Part shown: in pieces, positions 57,236 through 64,000 of the stretch | Numbering within the stretch: position 1 is the first letter of the stretch | Layout: the number at the start of each line of letters is the position of its first letter | Notes under the pieces: model-generated | Told to the model about the DNA's origin: nothing | Seen by the model: only the letters and a program-made list of their open reading frames with translations | The model's database searches: none | NCBI GenBank assembly: GCA_049322615.1 | Contig: JBMORX010000009.1 | Coordinates: 130,321-194,320 of the forward strand | Source: Patescibacteria group bacterium | GTDB lineage: Bacteria; Patescibacteriota; Microgenomatia; CAYGWK01 | Direction of reading: 5' to 3' | Length of the DNA: 64,000 nucleotides | Made by a program: the position numbers and the translations under genes

Positions 57236-58653
57236 GAGTCTTTTTTCAATTTTGCGATTGTTTTTTCAATCATTGTTGTTATTTTCAGTCCTCCCGAAGA
57301 CATAAAAATGATGATGTCTTTTCTCTTTGGTTCATTAATTAAAAAATCAATTACCTTCTCGTCGATTGGCTCGTAGAAAACATTAGGTTGAGTCTTTGCG
57401 ATCGCCCTAACTATTTCCGGTCCTTTTACCCGGTTTTCTTTTTTGGAGGTTTTTAAAAAAGCCATTTTCGTTACAATTACCTGATTTGCTTTATCAAATT
57501 TTCCTGGGTACCAAGTAAGACTTTCCCTTTGTTTAAGAAGGCTCGCATGAGGATCAAAAACGCAGAAAATTCTACTTTTGGGAAATCTTACTCTTAAGGC
57601 AGTAAGCGATTCCTTAACTTTCGCAGGATGTTGAGCAAAATCAAAAAAGACGGTTATCCCGCCAAATGTCCCCAAGTTCTCTAATCGTGTTTTAATCCCC
57701 TTGAAAGTTCTGATGGCATTTTTAATAATCTCTGTTTCGATCCCCAAACTACGACATAAAGCGACGGCGCCACAGATATTTTGCAGGTTGTGTCTTCCCA
57801 AAAGTGATGTCTCAAGTAAAATTCGCTCCTTGAGCGTCACCACCTCAAAGGAGACAAGCTTGGTAGCAAAAGAAATTTTTTCTAGCCAGAAATTGGCATT
57901 TTTGGTCTCTGAAGAATACCAAACTACTTGACATTTGGCAACCCTGGCGACCTCTTTAATATTTTCACCATCGCCACAGGCGACTAACAAACCATCTTGA
58001 GGTATTAATTTAACAAATTTTTTAAAAGCCAAAATGTAATCATTCTCATTCTTAAAAATCTCGGGATGGTCCCATTTGGCAGCGGTTAAAAGAACAAATT
58101 TTGGTTTATAAAACATGAATTTAGGCAGATCAGTCTCAAGCATCGCCGGTGTCTCATCGCCCTCAATCACCGAATAGGAAGAAGGAGTATTCCTTACTCC
58201 ATCGGAAAAGTTAAGAGAGACGCCACCAATCATAAAAGAAGGATTAAAACCCGCTTTCTCAAGAATCCAAGCAAGGAGAGAGGCGAGGGTCGTCTTGCCG
58301 TAAGTTCCCGCGGTCACAATTGAGTTTTCTTTAACCAGAAAGTTCCGGAGAACTTCTGGATAAGACAGGATTGGACAACCAAATTTTTTTGCTTTGACTA
58401 CTTCGGGATTTTCCTGGTTAATTAGCAAGGCACTTCGACCAACGACAACTAAGTCTGGTTTTTCGGACAGGTTTTTTTCACTGTATCCTCGGGCAAAATC
58501 GATATTATTTTCTTCAAGATAGGTAGTGATTGGCGGATAAACAGCTTTTTGGTCTGAACCAGTCACCTGCCAACCCATATCCATAAACATTTTCGCCAAG
58601 GGTGCCATCGTCTTACCGGCAATACCAATGAAGTGAATATGATTTCTCGTCAT
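57232..58653 (-). CDS. Mur ligase most similar to murein peptide ligase Mpl (MurC paralog)
   Basis: HFIGI.G..M..LA....G..V.GSD...YPP; GT.GKTT..LAWILE..G.NP.F.IGG...NF; KF..Y.P; DFA.HP. The VYPP and KF..Y.P segments are Mpl-type rather than MurC-type. Confidence 0.75.
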   Translation of the reverse strand: MTRNHIHFIGIAGKTMAPLAKMFMDMGWQVTGSDQKAVYPPITTYLEENNIDFARGYSEKNLSEKPDLVVVGRSALLINQENPEVVKAKKFGCPILSYPEVLRNFLVKENSIVTAGTYGKTTLASLLAWILEKAGFNPSFMIGGVSLNFSDGVRNTPSSYSVIEGDETPAMLETDLPKFMFYKPKFVLLTAAKWDHPEIFKNENDYILAFKKFVKLIPQDGLLVACGDGENIKEVARVAKCQVVWYSSETKNANFWLEKISFATKLVSFEVVTLKERILLETSLLGRHNLQNICGAVALCRSLGIETEIIKNAIRTFKGIKTRLENLGTFGGITVFFDFAQHPAKVKESLTALRVRFPKSRIFCVFDPHASLLKQRESLTWYPGKFDKANQVIVTKMAFLKTSKKENRVKGPEIVRAIAKTQPNVFYEPIDEKVIDFLINEPKRKDIIIFMSSGGLKITTMIEKTIAKLKKDS

Positions 58654-58669
58654 CTCAAGGTCTTTTGAG

Positions 58670-59458
58670 TCATATTTTTACTCGAACACCATAGTTATTC
58701 AATAAGGCTCTAATGTCTCCTTGATAAAATTTTTCTGTAAATTCTCTATCGCGCAAGAGGTACTCATTCGCTTGTTTTTCAATTAGATATTTCAATTCTT
58801 CAAGATTGCTTGACCAGGAAAACCCATTAAAAAATTCTACTCCAGTAAATTCGGTTTTATAAAGAGCGTTTTTCTCATAACAAGTGCCTAAATAGGCAAA
58901 TTTTCGTCCGTTTTTCTGGGCCCATGTCACTGCCTCTAATATCATTCTTGCCCCTAGACTTTTTTCCAAGAAATCCAGATTATAGAAAGCATGAGCATAT
59001 TGGAGTAGGTCATCACTTAAGAAACAAACTGCGTATCCGACTTCATTGCCGCCTTGGGCTTCTTTCCAGACAAAAATATAATTATACACTCCTTTTTCAA
59101 AAATACTTTTTATTCCCGCGGCCCTTATCTGACCTTTTCCAAATCGCTTGTCCATGTATTCCTTGCAAAATTTTTGAACCTCTGGGGTGTAATCAAATTC
59201 ATCAAGCGGCAAAAATTCATACTCAAAATTAGCCGTCTTGTTTAAGATTCTTCTATTCTCGCTTGAGAGGGAAAATTTGGGCAGACTAACTCGCAGGCTT
59301 CTGGAGAGATAATAAACACCGGGTAAGTTCCTCATCGGTAAAAAGCCTGAATCATAAATTTTCTCGACTTTATCCCCAACTTCTGCAAGCAACCAAACTT
59401 GATAAGGGAAAAAATATTTATCGTAATCAGCCTTAAATTCACTAAAAAACAATTTCAT
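58670..59458 (-). CDS. Aminoacyl-tRNA-protein transferase-like (ATE1/Bpt, GNAT fold)
   Basis: R...LRV....F..S...RR...K; FY......SLG..MIL....WA...G..FAYLG......YK..F. Confidence 0.7.
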   Translation of the reverse strand: MKLFFSEFKADYDKYFFPYQVWLLAEVGDKVEKIYDSGFLPMRNLPGVYYLSRSLRVSLPKFSLSSENRRILNKTANFEYEFLPLDEFDYTPEVQKFCKEYMDKRFGKGQIRAAGIKSIFEKGVYNYIFVWKEAQGGNEVGYAVCFLSDDLLQYAHAFYNLDFLEKSLGARMILEAVTWAQKNGRKFAYLGTCYEKNALYKTEFTGVEFFNGFSWSSNLEELKYLIEKQANEYLLRDREFTEKFYQGDIRALLNNYGVRVKI

Positions 59459-60654
59459 TTTAACCTTTCCTTAATCGCCTCTTTCGAAATTTCCTGGTCT
59501 GACCAGGGGATTTCCTGTCCGCCGAGATTTAAAGTTTTCTGGTGACCAACACCAGTAATCAAAACAGTATCTTTACTTTTAGCCATATTAATCGCTAAGA
59601 TGATTGCGCAAGAGCGGTCAAAAATCTTCCAATAGGTTTGACCTAAAATTTTCCCTCCCTTTTTCACTCCCACTTCAATTTCGTTAATGATTTTTTTAAG
59701 GTCTTCATGATAAGTATCCTCATGCGTTAGAATAATTTTATCACTAAGCTTGGCGGAAATCTCTCCCATCATCGGTCGTTTGGTTTTGTCTCGATCACCG
59801 GTACAGCCAAACACATGAATTATTTCTCCTTTCGTCTGATTTCGCACCGTCTTAAGAACCTCTTTAAAGGCAGCCGGGGTGTGAGCAAAATCAATAAAGA
59901 CTTGAAAATCCTGTCCCTCGCTGATCTTTTCCAGTCTCCCTGGTAATCCAGAAAAACCTTCGACAGCAATCCTTATAATTTCCTTCTTTATCCCCAAACC
60001 TTGGGCTACTCCGATGGCTGCCAGACAGTTATAAAGATTATATTCGCCAAGAAGCTTTCCTTTAAAAGGAAAAGTTTTCGGTGTCAAGTCAGCCTCATTC
60101 TTAACTCCATAAGTTATTATTTTTGCTTTTTCACTCTTAATTTTTGATTTTAGGTATTCGTATGACTCATCGTCGCAATTTAAAACCGCTAATTCTACTT
60201 TTCGGAAAAGTTTTGCCTTGGCTTTCAAATAATCTTCAAAAGTTTTGTGATAATCTAAATGCTCGTGGGTAATATTGGTGATTACTCCAACCTTAAAATT
60301 ACAGCCCAGGAGCCGGTGTTGGTCAAAACCGTGAGAAGTTGCTTCAAGAACAACATGAGTAAACCCACGGTTGACAATTTGCTGAAGAAGTTTTTGCAGC
60401 AAAAAAGGGCTGGGGGTAGTCACATGGAAACCAGTTTTAATTTCTTTTTCTCCAAACCATGCTCCAAGAGTGGAAATCATCGCCACTTTAAATCCTGCTT
60501 TTTTAAGAATTTCTCCAACTAAATGGACCGTGGTTGTTTTTCCATCGGTACCAGTAACCCCAATCACGGTCAAGTGAGAAGCGGGAAAACGATAGAAGAT
60601 GACAGCCAGGAATGCTTGAATAAAGTGACCAAGGTTCTTCAGTTTTCGAACCAT
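59455..60654 (-). CDS. murE: UDP-MurNAc-dipeptide:diamino acid ligase (short form)
   Basis: GVTGTDGKTT, HVTTP, E.TSHG.DQ.R, EHLDYH, DFAHTP, GDRD..KRP.MG. Confidence 0.9.
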   Translation of the reverse strand: MVRKLKNLGHFIQAFLAVIFYRFPASHLTVIGVTGTDGKTTTVHLVGEILKKAGFKVAMISTLGAWFGEKEIKTGFHVTTPSPFLLQKLLQQIVNRGFTHVVLEATSHGFDQHRLLGCNFKVGVITNITHEHLDYHKTFEDYLKAKAKLFRKVELAVLNCDDESYEYLKSKIKSEKAKIITYGVKNEADLTPKTFPFKGKLLGEYNLYNCLAAIGVAQGLGIKKEIIRIAVEGFSGLPGRLEKISEGQDFQVFIDFAHTPAAFKEVLKTVRNQTKGEIIHVFGCTGDRDKTKRPMMGEISAKLSDKIILTHEDTYHEDLKKIINEIEVGVKKGGKILGQTYWKIFDRSCAIILAINMAKSKDTVLITGVGHQKTLNLGGQEIPWSDQEISKEAIKERLK

Positions 60655-60691
60655 ACACGAAGTCTATTATACCATTCTTCGCTTTCAAAAT

Positions 60692-62398
60692 TTAAAAACT
60701 GGGTGGAATTCCAAGATAGTAAAAAAGTTCTTTGGCAATTTCAAACCAAAGCGGGGCGACCGTCATTGAACCCCAAATTAGAGTCGGCTCCCGCATGGTA
60801 ACAAGCATCACAAATCGAGGATTATCAGCCGGAGCAAAACCAACAAAGGAAACGATGGTTTTCTCCTTATCATAGTGTCCAGCAATAGGGATTTGAGCCG
60901 TCCCGGTCTTTCCGGCAATTCGAAAGCCTTTCGGTCTTTCCCATTTTCCCCCTCTCTCAACCGCGTTAACCATCATTTCTGTAATCACCCTGGCAGTGGC
61001 GAGACTTATGACTCTTCTTCTTACTTTTGGTTTTATCTCCAATTCTTTATCTTGAGTCTTAATCTTGGTGACAACATGGGGCTCAAGCATCTCTCCGCCA
61101 TTGGCGACAGCGGCGATGGCCCTAACCATTTGAATTGGCGTCAACGCCACTCCCTGACCAAATGAGGCAGTGGCTAAATCGATAGGTACCCACTCGTTCT
61201 CTGATCTTAGGACAGCGACTGTCTCTCCCTCAAGATCAATCCCTGTTTGCTCTCCAATGCCGAATTTCTTTAAGTAGGAAACCAAATTTTTCGTCCCCAA
61301 TTTTTCGCCGACAAAAACCATTCCGACATTGTCCGAATGTTCCAAAATCTCAGTCATGGTTGAATCGGGATGGTACCTCTCGTCCCATGTTTTAATAGTG
61401 TATTCACCAATTTGTCTTGGTCCGCTGCATCGGTCACATTTATCTTGAGGACTGACCACTCCCTCATTAATGGCGGCGGCCATGACTAGGGGTTTAAAAA
61501 TCGATCCCGGCTCAAAAGTTTGACTGATAACCGGATTTGGGAAAAGTGAGTCGTTGGTCTTAGCATAATTTGCTGGCTCATACGAAGGAAAAGAAGCCAT
61601 GCTTAGGATTCCTCCAGTTTTTGGATCCATAATCACTACCGAGCCACTTTTCGCCCCATATTTCTCCAAACCCTTTTTCAATTTTCTTTCAACCATAAAT
61701 TGAATCTCACGGTTAAGATAAAGCTCCAAATCTCTCCCGGGAATTTCTTCCTCTTTGAGTCTTTTGCCGATAAGAATTGGTCTACCAGAGGCGTCTTTTT
61801 CCTGACGCAAGATTCCGGGTCTGCCTGAAAGCTCTCGGTCGTAGAATCCCTCGAGTCCAAAATAACCTTTATCTTTCCCGGCGGCGTCTTTGCCAACAAA
61901 TCCCACCAGTTGGGCAGCAAGCGACCCCTCGGGATAGTCTCTTCTTGCTTCTTCCTCAAAACCCAAGCCTTGAATTTGAAGTTTTTGAATTTCTTCCTTT
62001 TTCTCTCTATCTACCTTTCTCGCTAGAGAAACCCAAACTAAATCTTTACTCTTAAGCTTCTTTTCCATTTCTTCTCGGGTTTGCGATTGCAAAATTTTGG
62101 CAAGCATGGTAGAAATCTCCTCAGGGCTTCTATCGAGCTGGGGAAGGAGGGCATAGACTAAATAGGCTTGTTTGTTGGTCACTAAGGGAAAGCCATCCGA
62201 AGTCAAAATTTGACCACGTCTTGCAGGAATTTCTTCTTCTTGAGAATATTGAGAGGAAGCAAGACTTGAGAGTTTTTCACCCTGAAGTATCTGCCAATAA
62301 AAAAGTCTGCCGGCTACCAAAAAACCAAAAAAACAAAAACCAAGCATCAAGGTTTTGGCTCGCCACAAAGACATTTTTGCCTCCTTATCGCAGGGCAA
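60692..62398 (-). CDS. ftsI: Class B penicillin-binding protein (FtsI/PBP3)
   Basis: RG.I, R.YP, GLE..YD..L.G, EPGSIFK (SxxK), SDN, KTGTAQ. Confidence 0.93.
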   Translation of the reverse strand: MPCDKEAKMSLWRAKTLMLGFCFFGFLVAGRLFYWQILQGEKLSSLASSQYSQEEEIPARRGQILTSDGFPLVTNKQAYLVYALLPQLDRSPEEISTMLAKILQSQTREEMEKKLKSKDLVWVSLARKVDREKKEEIQKLQIQGLGFEEEARRDYPEGSLAAQLVGFVGKDAAGKDKGYFGLEGFYDRELSGRPGILRQEKDASGRPILIGKRLKEEEIPGRDLELYLNREIQFMVERKLKKGLEKYGAKSGSVVIMDPKTGGILSMASFPSYEPANYAKTNDSLFPNPVISQTFEPGSIFKPLVMAAAINEGVVSPQDKCDRCSGPRQIGEYTIKTWDERYHPDSTMTEILEHSDNVGMVFVGEKLGTKNLVSYLKKFGIGEQTGIDLEGETVAVLRSENEWVPIDLATASFGQGVALTPIQMVRAIAAVANGGEMLEPHVVTKIKTQDKELEIKPKVRRRVISLATARVITEMMVNAVERGGKWERPKGFRIAGKTGTAQIPIAGHYDKEKTIVSFVGFAPADNPRFVMLVTMREPTLIWGSMTVAPLWFEIAKELFYYLGIPPSF

Positions 62399-62663
62399 CT
62401 GGAACCTCAGGTGTTAGGTTAACCACCAAACTTGGTTTGCCAAATCCCAAGTTTGCCGCCTCAGAAGAAATCCGGGAAAGGGAGGAAAATTTGACAATTT
62501 CTTCCTCAAGAAGACTGTTTTCTGCTGAAACAGCAGAAACTTGCTCTGAAAGATTGGCAAGTCTTAAACCCGTTGTCGAAAGCATATTAGCAAACAAAAG
62601 TTTAGCAAAAGCCAGAAACAAAACCATACCAAAAACAAAGAAAAGTATTCTCTTGTTTTTCAT
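62385..62663 (-). CDS. ftsL: FtsL-like cell division protein
   Basis: TM helix then leucine heptads, EN..L..E, I...A..LG; directly upstream of ftsI. Confidence 0.6.
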   Translation of the reverse strand: MKNKRILFFVFGMVLFLAFAKLLFANMLSTTGLRLANLSEQVSAVSAENSLLEEEIVKFSSLSRISSEAANLGFGKPSLVVNLTPEVPVALR

Positions 62664-62675
62664 ACTTTTTCCCTT

Positions 62676-62756
62676 TTAGATCACCGGTGCGCTAAAAAGC
62701 GTTAACAGCTGACCAAGCCAGGTTTTTTTAAACCAGTTCAAAAAATATTTAAGCAT
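62676..62756 (-). CDS. Possible 26-aa peptide MLKYFLNWFKKTWLGQLLTLFSAPVI
   Basis: ATG to TAA, co-oriented with the dcw genes, ends 12 nt before ftsL. Confidence 0.3.
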   Translation of the reverse strand: MLKYFLNWFKKTWLGQLLTLFSAPVI

Positions 62757-62836
62757 AAGTTTTCTTTTACCGTGGGCGGAGATTTCGCCTGTAGGGCAGG
62801 CAGAAGACCAGGCGCTTGCCCCGCCCACGGCTTAAA

Positions 62837-62965
62837 TCAATGTCTTTTTCCATTCCCGCCGTTCCCGTTCCCATTTCCACCGTTTACTCTCCCTTTCCCA
62901 CAACCATTACTCACCAGCAGTTTCTCCAGTTTTTGCCTCATTTTTTCACCGTTTAAGCGTATCAT
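62837..62965 (-). CDS. Possible 42-aa peptide with Gly-Asn repeats
   Basis: MIRLNGEKMRQKLEKLLVSNGCGKGRVNGGNGNGNGGNGKRH; ATGA overlap with the mraZ stop. Confidence 0.4.
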   Translation of the reverse strand: MIRLNGEKMRQKLEKLLVSNGCGKGRVNGGNGNGNGGNGKRH

Positions 62966-63363
62966 TCCTGTTTGGTTTCAATTTTCTCTAAATAGGTCTT
63001 CCAGGTGTCAGAATCCCAAACCTCAAAATGATCGCCAGCTCCGATGACTGTCATTTCTCCTTTGATCCCAGCCCAAGACACCAAAGTATCTGGCAAAACT
63101 ACTCTTCCCTGAACATCAATATCAACCACTTCTGCTGCGGCAAACATCTGCCTTCTAATTTCTCTTCCCCTTCCCTCCGAGATAGGCACTAAAAGTTCCT
63201 GCTTTGCTGCCTCGTCCCACGTCTTTCTGTCAAATCCAAAAATGCACGGTTCAAATCCCTTAGCTAAAACAACCTCATCGCCAGTTATCTGTTCTCTGAT
63301 TTTTTTAGGCAAAGCCAGCCGTTTTCCAGTAGTTAAATTATGTTTGTATTCTCCTAAAAACAT
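62962..63363 (-). CDS. mraZ: Division/cell wall cluster repressor MraZ
   Basis: MFLGEY.H......R..LP, D.QGRV.LP, IG.GD..E.W. Confidence 0.95.
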   Translation of the reverse strand: MFLGEYKHNLTTGKRLALPKKIREQITGDEVVLAKGFEPCIFGFDRKTWDEAAKQELLVPISEGRGREIRRQMFAAAEVVDIDVQGRVVLPDTLVSWAGIKGEMTVIGAGDHFEVWDSDTWKTYLEKIETKQE

Positions 63364-63370
63364 CTGCCCC

Positions 63371-63426
63371 CCTCACTACTTTTCACCATTTATATCCATT
63401 TTGAGCCATTCCTATGTAGTTGTCAA
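63371..63426 (-). promoter_or_regulatory. dcw promoter with MraZ-box-like 10-nt periodic repeats
   Basis: TTGACA-17 nt-CAAAAT overlapping GAATGGCTCA AAATGGATAT AAATGGTGAA AAGTAGTGAG on the minus strand. Confidence 0.6.
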
Positions 63427-63469
63427 GTACCAATTTAGATATAAATCACCATTGCGGAATCAGTCTGAG

Positions 63470-63566
63470 TTGCCTGCCCCGCATACACGCCCTTGCGACG
63501 CCCGCCTGCAACTGCGTAGCTGTTGGCGGGGGGAGCAAGTAAGTGTTGTGCGGGGTCAAGAGGCAA
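63470..63566. repeat. Nested REP-like palindrome
   Basis: TTGCCT.CCCCGCA..CAC ... GTG..TGCGGGG..AGGCAA enclosing CCCGCC..GGCGGG, related to 13802-13832. Confidence 0.65.
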
Positions 63567-63820
63567 ATTAAGTTCAATTCACCATTGGAAGATATTTCCA
63601 CTCATTCGGAGGTTCAACCTCCCGACAGGTTCGACCTGATGACAGTGCTAGAAAATAAAATGGTACATTTTCTGCTGCAGCAAAATTTGTACCACTCAAA
63701 TCTATCCCTAAATCTATTTTCTGCCTAGGCAAAAAATCGAAAACAATTTTTAATTTTAGCCTTGGATTTTAGCTTATAATAGAGATTCTATCTTATAATA
63801 AAGAGGTAAAATGGACCTTG

Positions 63821-64000
63821 TTAGGGGGAAACGGCGAGGAAGCAGGTTAAACGATCGACTTCAACCGAAACGACTTGGCCATCAGTTTCAAAGCCTTTTG
63901 AGTATTCTTTCCAAGACGCCGAATCGGCATCCCAACCAAAAACTTTCACAGTTTGACTAGGTTGGGATAAACGAAGTTTTATTGTTCCCTTAACATTCTT
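63821..64000 (-). CDS. C-terminal end of a protein running in from the window edge
   Basis: Open frame KNVKGTIKLRLSQPSQTVKVFGWDADSASWKEYSKGFETDGQVVSVEVDRLTCFLAVSP then stop; beta-rich, surface-protein-like. Confidence 0.5.
   Translation of the reverse strand, partial: KNVKGTIKLRLSQPSQTVKVFGWDADSASWKEYSKGFETDGQVVSVEVDRLTCFLAVSP

Noticed and set aside
57232-58653. Annotating the Mur ligase simply as murC
   Set aside because: Lacks the MurC GIGG.GMS and SSAI motifs and carries Mpl-type VYPP and KF..Y.P segments, so no gene symbol was assigned
1-64000. CRISPR-Cas system suggested by Cas2-like domains in the PaaX-like proteins
   Set aside because: No regularly spaced repeat-spacer array and no cas1 or effector genes seen in the window

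Overview
A 64-kb window from a low-GC, gene-dense bacterial chromosome. Gene content, short intergenic spacers and repeat families suggest a Patescibacteria/CPR (Microgenomates-like) organism; this is an inference. Most genes are on the minus strand. Housekeeping genes include holA (partial), ruvC, yraN, rplS, pyrG, dnaE, gatCAB, lemA-htpX, polX, lepB, parB, rpmA, rplU, rodA, ileS, a glycosyltransferase block, a tRNA cluster and a long dcw cluster (mraZ to ftsZ). Two things stand out. (1) A tRNA-Thr(GGU) gene at 25198-25919 appears split into six pieces by five intervening sequences, four of them clearly hairpin-closed. These carry two complete nested tRNA-Thr(CGU) genes and a GIY-YIG nuclease; joining the six pieces gives a canonically numbered 75-nt cloverleaf. 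(2) The dcw cluster has no canonical murC or murD. It has an Mpl-like ligase and an Arg/Leu-tRNA-transferase-like gene coupled to murE. In the murD slot it has an NlpC/P60 peptidase, a 52-aa LysW-like carrier missing from the ORF track, a PLP threonine-synthase-like enzyme and an ATP-grasp ligase. This suggests a non-canonical route to the peptidoglycan stem peptide. The window also holds many small repeats: a RAYT with its REPs, palindromes and heptamer arrays inserted in frame in core proteins, two PaaX/Cas2-like genes each bracketed by its own palindrome pair, a duplicated structured intergenic element, and a GC-rich uracil permease bracketed by a 14-bp inverted repeat next to a boxA-like motif. 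All calls come from reading motifs by eye; no database searches were run.
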